Source of the DNA: Chiloscyllium plagiosum
Lineage: Eukaryota
Length of the DNA: 64,000 nt
NCBI RefSeq assembly: GCF_004010195.1
Contig: NC_057719.1
Location: 70,277,728 to 70,341,727, forward strand
Reading direction: 5' to 3'
This document shows, piece after piece, positions 24,682 to 36,907 of this stretch. The translations under genes and the position numbers were made by a program. The notes under the pieces were generated by a model. The model was given only the letters and a program-made list of their open reading frames with translations. It searched no databases and had not been told where the DNA came from. Positions within the stretch are counted from its first letter, which is position 1; the number at the start of each line of letters is the position of its first letter.

Positions 24682-25189
24682 GAGAAAGTGAGGTCTGCAG
24701 ATACTGGAGATCAGAGATGGAAATGTGTTGCTAGGAACCCTCCAACCACAAGGGATAAACGACGGTTGGAGGAAGAACGCCTCATCTTCCGGCTAGGAAC
24801 CCTCCAACCACAAGGGATGACCACAGCGAAACGACGGTTGGAGGAAGAACGCCTCATCTTCCGGCTAGGAACCCTCCAACCACAAGGGATGAACTCGGAT
24901 TTCACCAGTTTCCTCATTTCCCCTTCCCCCAGCCTGTCTCAGTCAAATCCATCAAATTCAGCACCGCCTTCCTAACCTGCAATCTTCTTCCCGACCTCTC
25001 CGCCCTCACCCCAGTCTGACCTATCACCCTCACCTTGACCTCTTTCCACCTATCACATTTCCGACGCCCCTCCCCCAAGTCCCTCCTCCCTATCTTTTAT
25101 CTTAGCCTGCTGGACCAATTTTCCTCATTCCTGAAGAAGGGCTAATGCCCGAAACGTCGATTCTCCTGTTCCCTAGATGCTGCCTGACC
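24682..25189 (+). mobile_element. 5'-truncated Penelope-like insertion with an inverted 5' stub and a 15-bp TSD
   Basis: Translation KRRLEEERLIFRLGTLQPQGMNSDF is the GIY-YIG C-terminus. TGTCTCTTATTAGAG occurs at 24667-24681 and 25190-25204. Confidence 0.9.
25127..25162 (+). ncRNA. Minimal hammerhead ribozyme motif, intact core
   Basis: auuc-CUGAAGA-A-GGGC-UAAU-GCCC-GAAA-CG-UC-gauu, with an ACGU palindrome and a GUC triplet. Confidence 0.75.
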
Positions 25190-25389
25190 TGTCTCTTATT
25201 AGAGATGGTCATTGCCTGGCATTTGTGCAGCATAAATGTTTCTTGCCATTTGTCAAGGAGGAGGATAGGAAGACAATTGACAGTACAGATTGTCTCTTAT
25301 TAGAGATGGTCATTGCCTGGCATTTGTGCAGCACAAATGTTTCTTGCCATTTGTCAAGGAGGAGGATAGGAAGACAATTGACAGTGCAG
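25190..25389 (+). repeat. Tandem duplication, 101-bp period, 2 copies
   Basis: Units start at 25190 and 25291 and are near-identical. Confidence 0.9.
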
Positions 25390-25849
25390 AAAAGGCAAAA
25401 GATCCATTATCAAAATTACAGTAGAGCCTGAAAGCATTCATTCAAACTGCAGATGTTGAGACTCAACTACTAAAAAAAAGGAATGAGAATCACTTAGTAA
25501 AGCTGTTAAGGAAATAGGAATTGTTTTATTAACACTGTGGGGTGGGGGGGGGGGGTTTCATTCAGTAAAGCAGTTAGGGAAATAATCACTATTTATTAGG
25601 CCTACAATTGGCAGAATTAATCCAGAGAAGCTGAAAAAGGTGAGAATCCTCTATTTTACTTGCCAAAAGCTAGAATCCTTCATTTTGATTGTAGAAAAAT
25701 GGGAAAACACTCCACACAGTACTGCTATATTGCAAAAATTAAAAGCCTTTAAAGCAACAAAAATAAATAATCACACTAGCAAAACATAGTATTTGTAATA
25801 ATATTGGGCAAATTTAATTTCAGAAGTGCCCGATTGAACACAATGTTGG

Positions 25850-27404
25850 GCATCTTGGAAGATACAGACTAGATGATACCAAGTTCGAAACTGAACAACC
25901 TTAACATATAATTGGGGCTATAGTTTATAATGTTGCAGTTTCCCAAGATGTAAAATAAACAACAAATAGTTTTGTAGAAGTACTGAAAGCTTTTGAAAAT
26001 AACTGACTTCAGAACAAATAAATGTATTGAAAGAGCAAAATTTAAAGAGTTCAGCATCCAGCAGAATCTGGAAATAATTTCATTAATGGTCTTGCAAATC
26101 AGTGGGAAAAAAATGCTTATTATGCTTTTAAGTCAGAGTTCATAAGAGACAGAATTGTTGTTGGAGATGCTGATGAGACTTTGTCAGATTTATTGTAGTC
26201 AAAAGGTTTTCAGACTCTAGAGAAAAGTATTCAGATGGTGAGTGAAGCAGAGATGATGCAGATCAATCTTAAGATGAAAAGATCAATGTTATCACAGGAG
26301 ATCAGTAGACTTTATTCACTTCTTAAAGTTCAAAAGACACACACTAGAAACTAATACTGGAAGCACGACAGGCGCCAAATGCTATGTCATTGTCTATATT
26401 CTAGAACAAGAAAATCTCACTGGCAGAAGCAGTGCCTAGTGATTTAAATCAAAGCTTAATTTTCAGAAAATATGCCACGATCACAGAGCAGCAAGAAGTC
26501 AAAAAGCTAATCACGCAAAGATGATCATGACTACAACAGAAGAAAGCCAAATATATTTCTGTGGAAAACAAATGATTCAGACCTAGTTTTTTGATGAGAA
26601 GATATTTATGTCAATGGGCAGCTCATGAGTTTCAAGTTCGATGCAGGTGAGACTGTCACATTTACTTCACATGTCGCATGGTTGAAGAAAAACTGTCTAT
26701 AGCTTGCAACAAAACTATGTAATCCAGGAGATTTAAGATAAAAGGTACACTGCAATCATTGTCTAACACAAGGTGCATCAGATAGTAGAAAACCTGTGTA
26801 CATCACAGACTAGAACTCCACTCGATGATAAATTTGTGTCTTGACCTCAATCTTGCAACGGTCAGAAGAGCCAAACTAGTTAAAAGCAACAAACAACTAC
26901 AACAGCTGGCCATGGAGCAAGAGGTCAAAGAACAATTGATTAAATAATACCTAGTCATGGAACAACCAAAGGAAAACCAGTAGAAAATTTCATAAGGCTC
27001 CCTAGAACCCAACCATAAAGCAGAATCCACTGAGATTAGTTATGTTATGTTTAGACATTTGCTTCAGGCTTTCATAAGGAGACAGTGCCAGTGAAACATA
27101 ATTGGCTCTATTAAATACAGCAGGAGCATTAAAGACAACCAAGGAAAGGTCGCTATTTGTCAGTATTATGTGGAAAGATGACCAGATCACGATTTCAGTG
27201 GGTGGGCATGTTTTAAGCATACCTGCATTTCACAATCATGCATGATTTACTAATATATGATGGAAGACTGATTAATCCACCTTCACTTTGGAAACATGTC
27301 CTGGAAAAGATGTACTGAGGAAAATTGGGAATCTTCCGGTGCAGAGTGAGAGCACAGTAAGTGATGTGGTGGCTCAGCATCTCCAAAGACATTGAGGACC
27401 TCTG
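25850..27404 (+). mobile_element. Decayed Ty3/Gypsy gag-pol fossil
   Basis: Gag-like LKSEFIRDRIVVGDADETLSDLL...QTLEKSIQMV at about 26125-26250 and protease-like FKFDAGETVT at about 26630. Many stops. Confidence 0.6.
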
Positions 27405-28512
27405 AGTCATACAGCATAGAAACAGATCCTTTGGTCTAACCAGTCCATGCCAAACATAATCCCAAACTAGTCCAAAGATGTGCAGATTAGGTGAATTGCC
27501 CATAATGTTCAAGGATGTGTAGGTTAGGTGTATTAGTTAGGGGTAAATGTAGAGTAATAGGGTAGGGGAATGAGTCTGGGTGAGTTATTCTTTGGAGGGT
27601 TGGTGTAGACTTGTGGACAAAATTACCTGTTTCTACACTGTAGATATTTTATGATTTTTCTACACTATATCCACCTGCCTGCTCCTGGCCCATATCTTTC
27701 CAAACCTTTCCTATTCGTGTACTTATCTAAGTGTCTTTTCAGCATTTATTCAGGAAGTTTATTCCAAGCCAGCCTCTGTGTAAAAATATTCCTCATGCCT
27801 TTTTTTAATCTTACTCCTCTCATGTTAAAAATATGCCCTCTGGTCTTGAAGACCATCCTGGGGAAATGACCCCTATCACTAACCTTACCTATACCTCTCA
27901 TGATCTCCAAAAACTCACCTTTCAACCTCTATGTTCCAGTGAAAGGTTAATGCTTGTGCAGCCTTTCTTTAAAACTTAAACCTCCATACCTGGCAACATC
28001 CTAGTAGATGTCTTCTGAACCCTCTCCAGCTTGATAGTATCCTTCCTATAACAAGGCGACTGGAAGTGACACAGTACTTCAGTCCTGTACAACATCAAAT
28101 GACTTCCTAACTCCTATACTGAAAGGACTGAGCAATGAAGGCCAGTGTGTGAAAAGTCTTTTTAACCTCCTTGTCTATGTGTGACGCAAACTTCAAAGAA
28201 TTGTGTCCCTGAGACCCTAGTTCCCTCTGTTCTACAACACTTGTTGAATAAGTCCTGTCCCGGTTGTTGTACCAAAATGCAGTACCTTACTCCAAATTAA
28301 ACCTCATCTGCCATTTTTCAGCCCATTAACTCGTTTGATCAAGACCCCTCTGAAATCTTAGAAAACCTTCTTTGTTGTCTACAATGCCAACAATTTTGGT
28401 GGCATTCACAAACATACTAATGATACCTTCTATATTCTCATCCAAATAATTTATATAAATGACAAACAAAAGAGGACCCAGAACCAATCCCTGTGGAACA
28501 CCGCTGGTAGCC
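27405..28512 (-). mobile_element. CR1/HER1 LINE (RT to 3' end), interrupted by an HE1 fragment
   Basis: SGVPQGLVLGPLLFVIYINYLD...FVNATKI is CR1 RT. The 3' tail lies at 27405-27470. Confidence 0.88.
27470..27656 (+). mobile_element. 5'-truncated HE1-type SINE
   Basis: gtccaaagatgtgcagattaggtgaattg... through to the tail. Homologous to 10292-10464. Confidence 0.8.
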
Positions 28513-30340
28513 AATTGTGAAACCTACAACTACGCATCATTGACAGAAATGATATCAATAATGAAGGAAGTTGAAACTGCAGAAATTGGCAAGGATTGTG
28601 AGCAAACACTGGTAACAAAGTAGTCAATGCGCAGCATACCACACTTGAGCTCACGTTTGCACCTTCAATAAAGGGAACTCAGAGTGTAACAGAGCTTAGT
28701 GACAGATCATGCCAAGCAAGACACAATTGAGGAAATAAACAGGTTAGTTTCACCAGCACTACTATTGTTGAATGAATGAAAACATCCAAGCTAATCAACA
28801 CATTAATATATACTGTGTACACATTTCCACATAGATTTACATGCAGACTGAGAGTATAAATCTTCTAACAAAAATTGAAAATGAGGTGCAAACAACTCAA
28901 TGGAAGTCACCAGAAGGGACAACAAACATCCACAGACCCAAAAATGGTCAGGAAGAAATTAACTGGTTCAGTGATGTACCACACTGCAAAAAAAAAAGTC
29001 TGTTTATACAAGATGGTTGTCTTCTGTGATGGAAATTCAAGGCCCTTCCAAATGTTGTAATGGAGCAATTGCCTGTTTCGGTAGGAAGTCCATCCTCTGT
29101 GAAGGAAATCCAAGAAATTCAATGTCTTCCAATTTAAAGGAACTTTCAAACCTCACACTGTCAGAAATAGAATCAAAGATAGCAGCCTTCAACCCAGAGG
29201 CCCACCAACTATCCAAATCTAAACAAAATATGTTCTGGGACACTCTTTTCTTGCTTTCCTTTAATTCTTCAACAATTTCAGGTGGGGGATTGTGGAGCTG
29301 CATTCTGGATCAATTCACTTAGAAAGCTCCTTCAGTCTGAAGCACTTTTCCAGAAGTGCTCAGGCGCATAATATTAGGTAATGCTGATTCAATTAGCACA
29401 AAATTCAATATAATTTTACAATGAGCCATTGCAAGACTACTTCCTATCTATGCAAAGCTTTTGCTGTCCTTCAGTCTTCACTAACTTATGCTCATTTGGA
29501 AGGATAAGTGGGGGATTTAGCTGGCATGAGCAACAGATCGGTGGTGTGTTGTGCATGTTACATAGTCCAATGACGTTTGCAGAGAATATAACCTGATGTC
29601 TTGGAGTAGAACAACATCAGCAGAAGACTCAGCAATACTTTTATTAAGTGGAATTAATTGTACACATGTGCTGCTCATGATACTTGACCATGTGGATATA
29701 TCTTTTGAAAAGATTAGCATGCCCAGTTTATGCAGGGAGTCTGTGAATGCACCAAAAGGATCGCATACCTCCCCAGGCTCAATTTAAGTCCAAGGTTGCA
29801 GAGCTCTCACTCAGCCAAATCCTCAAGTCTTTCATTATGTGTTCTAGTTTGTTTGTTAAATCATTTCAGTTTGTTACATTGACTAATCTTAGGCTTGCTT
29901 ATTTTAATTGATGAACCTTAATAACAAAGTGAAGTAAGTGAAGTCCTGAACCTTGAGAATATTGACAGATTTTAACACCTTAAGATGTTTCTAAATTCCA
30001 TCCCTTTAACAAAACTTTAGGCAGTCTTCCTCATACCTCATGTCTCTCTGCCACATGAATTTTAATTACTCACATGTCTGTGAAGTGCTTTGGGGCTTTT
30101 ACAACATTGAAAATATAATACGAACTCAGGTTATTGTTGTATGGTAAATAAGATATAAAAAAGCAAGAATAGGACAACAAGAGACAGATTCTAATTACTT
30201 AAAGACAAATTTAGAACAGATGTTCAAAAAACTCCTCTAAATAAATAGTAATTAATGCATTGAATGGGGCTCCAAGTATGATAGAGGAGAGGAATAGCCT
30301 GAAATGATTTTACGGAAGGTTGCATGAATGGTTACAGATT

Positions 30341-30659
30341 GGGTAGCACAGTGGGTAGCAACACAGCACCAGGGCTTGGGTTTGATTCCACCCTGAGGGG
30401 ACTGTCTATATGAAGCTTACATGTTTTCCTTGTGGGTTTCCTCCAGATGCTCCAGTTCATTCCCCCAGTCCAAAGTTGTGCAGGTTAGATGGATTAGTCA
30501 TGAGAAATAGCCCATAGTGTGTAGGGATATGCAGGTTATGTGGGTTAACTATAGTAAATTTAGGATTATAGGGATAGGTTGGGATGGTCTTTGAGGGGTG
30601 ACTGCAGACTGGATGGGCTGAATGACCTCCATCTGCACCGTATGGATTCTATGATTCTA
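30341..30659 (+). mobile_element. HE1-type SINE (diverged)
   Basis: Degenerate head, V core and gattctatgattcta tail. Confidence 0.75.
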
Positions 30660-31389
30660 CATATGCCATGCTGAAGAATTTGTCTTGAGATTTTTCATCA
30701 GGTTGTCTCTGGACTATTCTTTCTTTTACTTTTATGAAGTTTCTCTGGACTAAGTGAGTTTAATAAGCTCAAAGAGAAGCTAATAATAGCTTGCACACTG
30801 ACAAATTTATAACTTCCACAATTGAACTCCACTTCATAACTATAGTGGATAATGCAGAACTCATTGTACGGAGTTAGCAGAGAGATTCAAGCCTACAATG
30901 CATAATGAAAAGTTGTCTTTTAAAAACTGAACAGCACAGCTGACAATAGAATTAGTGATTTCAATAAAGCAGAAAAATCATATGATTCAAGTTCTCCCAC
31001 AGATCTGTAAATTCAACATTGATATGCCTGGTCTTTTATGCTCCATAAACAGCACACATGCCAATCCTGAGATCCACAAATAAAATGAACTGATCAGAAT
31101 TTCAGTGGCAGGAAGAAAATGTACAGGCTTTAATGTAAATTGCTAATTAATATTTAATACAAGTCTTAATGCCAGTATTGACACTGTGCAAACTGAAGTC
31201 TAGATCTAAATAAAGATTGTGGCTTCTCATAGCCTTCATTGGTCTTGCTGGATATCTAAAGTACCACATCGCAGCAAATGTTACAAATTCATATGCATTT
31301 GTAGACACAAATACAGCATATCTTTAGAGAATTTCAAAGACTTTGCACATGAAATACAATGATGAGAACATACAAACTTAATTACAAGA

Positions 31390-31830
31390 CATGGAGTCAC
31401 AAATATGTCCACCATGGAAACAGACCCTTCGTCCATGCCGACCAGATATCCTAAATTAATCTAGTTTCATTTGCCAGCATTTGGCCCATATCCCCCTCCA
31501 ACCTTCCTATTCATATACCCATCCAGATGCTATTTCAATCTTGTAATTGTACCAGCCTCCACCAGTTCATCTGGCATTTCATTCCACTGGCCTCTGCATG
31601 AAAATATTGCCCCTTTGGTTCCTTTTAAATCTTACTCCTCTCACCTTAAACCTATGACCTCTAGTTTTGCAATCCTCTACCTGTGAAAAAGACCTTGACT
31701 ATTCATCCTATCCATGCCCCTCATGATTTTATAATCTTCTAAAAGGTCACCCTTCAGCCTCCAACGCTCCAGGGAAAATAACCTCAGCCTATTCAACCTC
31801 TCTCTAAAGCTCAAACTCTCCAACCTGGTG
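31390..31830 (-). mobile_element. CR1/HER1 LINE 3' fragment
   Basis: Homologous to 41385-41744. Confidence 0.85.
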
Positions 31831-31839
31831 TTTCATTTC

Positions 31840-32594
31840 TCTAAATGGAATCAATTTAGGTAAAGGGGCAATACAAAGAGACCTGGGTGTTCTTGTACAC
31901 CAGTCAATGAAGGTAAGCATGCAGGGATAGCAGGTAGTGAAGAAGGCTAATAGTATGCTGGCCTTCATAACAAGAGGGATTGAGTATAGAAGCAAAGAGG
32001 TTCTTCTGCAGCTGTACAGGGCCCTGGTGAGACCACACCTGGAGTACTGTATGCAGTTCTGGTCTCCAAATTTGAGGAAAGGCATTCTGGCTATTGAGGG
32101 AGTGCAGCGTAGGTTCACGAGGTCAATTCCTGGAATGGCGGGACTACCTTACGCTGAAAGACTGGAGCGACTGGGCTTGTATACCCTTGAGTTTAGAAGA
32201 CTGAGAGGGGATCTGATTGAGACATAAGACATTATTAAAGGATTGGACACTCTGGAGGCAGGAAACATGTTTCCGCTGATGGGTGAGTACCGAACCTGAG
32301 GACACAGCTTAAAAATACGGGGTAGATCATTTAGGACAGAGATGAGGAGAAACTTGTTCACCCAGAGAGTGGTGGCTGTGTGGAATGCTCTGCCCCAGAG
32401 GGCAGTGGAGGCCCAGTCTCTGGATTCATTTAAGAAAGAGTTGGATAGAGCTCTCAAGGATAGTGGAATCGAGGGTTATGGAGATAAGGCAGGAACAGGG
32501 TACTGATTAAGGATGATCAGCCATGATCATAATGAATGGTGGTGCAGGCTCGAAGGGCAGAATGGCCTACTGCTGCACCTATTGTCTCTTGTCT
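31840..32594 (+). mobile_element. Relatively young CR1 LINE 3' portion
   Basis: KKANSMLAFITRGIEYRSKEVLLQLYRALVRPHLEYCMQFWSP...RRLRGDLIE, followed by the 3' UTR ending cctattgtct. Confidence 0.93.
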
Positions 32595-33639
32595 TACATA
32601 AGTACATTTTGCATTTATACAACACTTTACAGGATTTCAAAGAATGACAAAGAGCCTCCTAAACAATTACGTTTATTTTAAGAGTAATCACTGTTATAGC
32701 AGTGACTGTGCTTCATAGAAATTGACTGTGTCAAATGCCTTTGTGTCATATTTAGATGTGATACGGTGCTATTTAAACTTTTCATTATATGTAACATTTC
32801 TGTTTTTCCTTCCAGTATTTTAATAGCATGTGAATGACCTGAAATGTCTTCGTTTAAAATATTTGAAATATGTATATTTGATATAATGACTATCATCTTT
32901 TGTTCATAGCTACAACCTTTACAGAGTTGATCATCTGAAGGAGATAGGTGCTGGATCAACTTCATGCTAGTACCTATATAACACCTTTTAAGTTTAAGGC
33001 ATTTTCATCAAATATGATCACTTGAAAAAGTGGACTATTTAAATGAAAAACAGACTTGTATTTATATAGCATCTTGCAGAAACCAACACCTCAAAGCTAT
33101 TTAATAAATGAAGTCCTTTGCATTGTTATACATTTTATTATAATGGTAGGAAATGCACAAGCCATTTTAAACATAGAAAGGCCCCACAGACAGCTTTTGC
33201 GATCTTATTCTCAACTACTCTGCCTGAAGTGCAGTTCAACAATGTCCTCTATGAGGAGATTAAAGAGGCAGGTTCTGAATCTGTGCCAGCCCAAACAGGT
33301 ATCAAATTCCGTGCTATCACATAAGATTTAATCCGCACCAGCCATTCAGTTAACTGAGTGAAACAGCTCCCCAAAGCAGTCTGAGTAGCTCTGGAAACAT
33401 ACACCTCTACATGCCTGGAGCTATGGATAGTGGTGGTAGAGGCTCCAATTTGATTCCAATACCTCTTTGACCAGGGGACTCACTAACACTTATTGTCTCC
33501 TGCTGGTAATTGTTGGAAGGATTTACAAGTTGGCTCCCCACCTGTTTGACCACATTATGAACACATTATCCTTGGCTGTCAAGTCCTTGAGTGGTACTTG
33601 AGCTCAGAAGTTCTAACTTAGAGGTGGGGATGCCTCTGA

Positions 33640-33790
33640 TTTCCTTAGAAATGTGATCGTAGCCAGATAATTTATTTTAATGTCATTTGTTCAGGATTAA
33701 ATATTTTCCAGAAAACTGAGGATAATGCCCTAGCTCTTCCTAGAAATAGGGAGCTGGGATATTGTGCATTTATATGAGAAGAGTTTTGGT
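33640..33790 (-). mobile_element. Old Deu-domain (SacSINE1-like) SINE fragment
   Basis: ctcttcctagaaatagggagctgggatattgtgcatttatatgag resembles the reverse complement of the Deu core (...gatgtaaaagatcccatggcactattt...). Confidence 0.4.
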
Positions 33791-34872
33791 AATTTAGCAC
33801 AAATTGTGAAAATGTGCCAATATTTAGAAGTTAATGGCAAGTTCCCAGCATGTAAACAGATTTAACAATCTAGGAGTCCCTAAATATATTATATAAATAT
33901 CCATTTTTGCTTTCTACTGAAATCTCTGTAACTAAGCAACATATTGTTGTTCTTGCTGTTTTTCCGAGTATGTATCATATGAAGAATCTGGGATTGGTAT
34001 CTATTCCCTGCTGCTTCAAACAGTCTCTGAATGCTTTGATAAAAGGAGGAACACAAGATCATGCATGTGTGAGTCTAATAATTGCAATTTCTTGTAACAC
34101 TTCAAGCTTAGTGAGAAAAGTCTTTTTTCATATTGGTAGATGTTATCGCCACAATCTGTTTCGTCTTCCTTGCTTTGAGTAGACATTAGCTGGTATGTCA
34201 TAGTGCGACAAAAAGATGCTGGTCGTATAATGTATCATCAGCATTCAGCTCACCAGCTTGTCAGAGTGGTAGATAGGAACTACTGGGGTGTGATGAATGA
34301 AACTGTGGCAATGACATCCAAGCAGTGTTAGATGGATAGTAGCTGAAAGACAACAGAATTCAAATTCAAGGAGGGAATACAGCTTTATTATTGAATGAAA
34401 ATGTCATCAATTGTTGGTATTAGCAGTGCTGATGTTAAAATTCAGTGGGATGATGTGGGTACTTATGCCAGTATTAATCAAAGCTAAATAGGAGAAGAGA
34501 TATTTTGTGAGAGAAAATGAAGACAGGTGCTTTTGTTCAGTTAACTATTGCTTTAAAATAGAGTGAATTACTCTCTGATCTCCAAATAAATAACATTAAT
34601 AATTTCTGTATAGATTTTAAAAAAGAGCATATGCTTTAGAATTCAAGTGCCCTTTTTTTCCCTAATGTTCGCTCTTCAGGATATTTCATACAGAATGGTT
34701 CATGCTCAAATGTTTTTCTACCTCTGAACCATTGTCCTTCTCTAATTCAGCTCATCTGCTGATATTGGGGGCATATGTTCAAAGTCTGTCCAATTTTTGC
34801 ATAATGGTGCTGCCATCTAGTACAATGGAGGGTATCCTAAATGTGAAGGTGGAAATTCATTTTCAAGAGGAT

Positions 34873-35031
34873 TGATTAGATTAGATTACGTTAGATTACG
34901 TTACAGTGTGGAAACAGGCCCTTCGGCCCAACAAGTCCACACCGACCCGCCGAAGCGCAACCCACCCATACCCCTACATTTACCCCTTACCTAACACTAC
35001 GGGCAATTTAGCATGGCCAATTCACCTGACC
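34873..35031 (-). mobile_element. 5'-truncated young HE1-type SINE
   Basis: gattagattagattac tail followed by gtgtggaaacaggcccttcggcccaacaagtccacaccgacc. CpGs are preserved. Confidence 0.88.
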
Positions 35032-36051
35032 ATTGTGGTCTCCCTTGTCAAGTTGATCACGGACCGGTGCATCCACTAATGATACGTCATTACTGAGCAA
35101 CATATATTCAGAACACCTCAATTTTAAAGTTCTCATCCTTGCTTTCAAGTCCATTAATGCCCTTATCCTTTCTCCTCCCTGTTATCAGCCCCGAACACTC
35201 TGATATCTAGGTCTCCTCAATTGAAGCCACTTACACGTTCCTAATTTAAATTGTTCCACCATTGGCAGCCATCTCCTCAGCGGCCTAATTCTTTAAGCTC
35301 AGAACTCCCTTTTTTAATCTTTGTTCCTTCTTTGAAGACGCTCATTAAAATGTTCCTGTTTGATCAAGCTTTTCACCAATTTTAACCCAGTGTCAAATTT
35401 TGCTAATAAACCTGTCAAACGCAATGAATCATTTTACTATATTAAAGACGTCATATAAATGCAAACTGTTATTGCTGCCCAGGTTTCTTCCATCTCCAGT
35501 CCAACAGCAGGAATTAAAAGCAAACAGCAAAGCAGCTCTATAATGCATTAGACAAAATGTAAAAGTGAAAAAAAAAGGCAACGTGTAATGAATGTAACTT
35601 TCCTGACAAAATCAACATGTAGGTGGTTGCAAACAAGTGCTCCCACATATGATTGTTTATGATATGAGAAGGGCACATAAGATAATAGCTAGCCCACTCC
35701 TTTTCTGCCTACCCAACCTGACCTCTTAATATGGCAAGAAGTAAGGCCTCAGGCAGCCCAACCATCCTTAGTTCTATTAAGGCTCTTATGTACAATTTCT
35801 GTTCTCCATTGATGACTGCTTGTTCAAACAGTGACCACTGCTGACTTCTACTGCCGCTGGAACTAGAGAACTACTGGGCAACCAGATTGGTTAGTCCTTC
35901 TTTTCCTGAGAGGCAAGAATTCTCCTCTGCACAAGTTACACCTGCCCCCCGCGCATTATTGTAGTAGGCAGCAACCCTTCACATTGCTGAGATCGTGACT
36001 GACTTGTAGGTCAGAAAATCAGATCGTTCATCCCTCTGTAAAATTCACCCT

Positions 36052-36364
36052 GTCAGGGACGCAGGTTCAATCCCAGCCTCGGGGGACTGTCTGTGTGGGG
36101 TTTGCACATTCTCCCTGTGTCTATGTGTGTTTCCTCCAGGTGCTCCGGTCTCATCCCATGATACAAAAATGTGCAGGTTAGGTGGATTGGTCATGCTATA
36201 TTGCCCACAGTGTCCAGGAATATGTAGGTTAGGTGGATTTGCTATGGGAAATGCAGGGTTATGGGGATGGGGTAGGGGAATGAGTCTGGGGGAATGTTGT
36301 TAGGAGGTTCAGTGTGGACTTGTTGGGCCGAATGGCCTGTTTACACACTGTAGGGGATTCTATG
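36052..36364 (+). mobile_element. HE1-type SINE, lacking the A box
   Basis: B box ggttcaatccc, V core and tail. Confidence 0.88.
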
Positions 36365-36774
36365 GACTTTCATTATATTAAAGATGCTGTTGATGATTTA
36401 CATATAATGAGTTATTTTGAAGGACAAACAGATCAATTATTTTGTTTAGAATCATTACTGTAATGAAAGGTCCTGTTTTAGTGGCTATTACGGAAAAGTG
36501 ACAGAGAAAATATCTCTGATTCTCAAAAATAGTGATCATAGTAAACATAAACGTGCTCATGAAATTTAAGCGAGCTTTAAAATTAAACTTCAAAAATGAT
36601 AAATAATAAATGCAAATTTATCCATGATTTCACGATTTGTGCTAGCAGCTATGAATGTAATGAACCACATAGAACTTTTTTTTTAAAAACACCTATTGCA
36701 AATGTACAAGATGAATTTCATCTTTAATGTTTTCATCCAAAGCATTGCCTGTGTGGAAGGAAGAGAAATCAAGT

Positions 36775-36907
36775 GTGGGTGTACTTGCACCCATGGCTTG
36801 CAGCAGCTGAAGAAGATAGCTCACCACCTTCTCAAGGGCAACCAGAAATGGGTAATAAATAAGTAGTCCTAGCCAGCCACAGTCACATCCCATGAAAGAA
36901 TGAAAAG
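36775..36907 (+). mobile_element. L2/Crack-type LINE 3' tail
   Basis: gctcaccaccttctcaagggcaaccagaaatgggtaataaat...cacatcccatgaaagaatgaaaa is homologous to the tails at 10470-10560 and 23965-24090. Confidence 0.7.

Larger units (their letters stand above)
23965..25250 (-). mobile_element. L2/Crack-type (CR1 group) LINE 3' portion, interrupted by a PLE
   Basis: LLTPKSLSSNYKPQVRIVIEYSPPPWMGAAPKTLKQLETIQDK is a post-RT CR1-group motif. The 3' UTR carries a poly(A) signal. The LINE sequence continues after 25204. Confidence 0.8.

Noticed and set aside
24730..24892. Three identical 27-bp repeats with 35-45-bp gaps, superficially CRISPR-like
   Set aside because: The spacers are copies of each other, the whole stretch is PLE coding sequence, the context is eukaryotic, and there are no cas genes.
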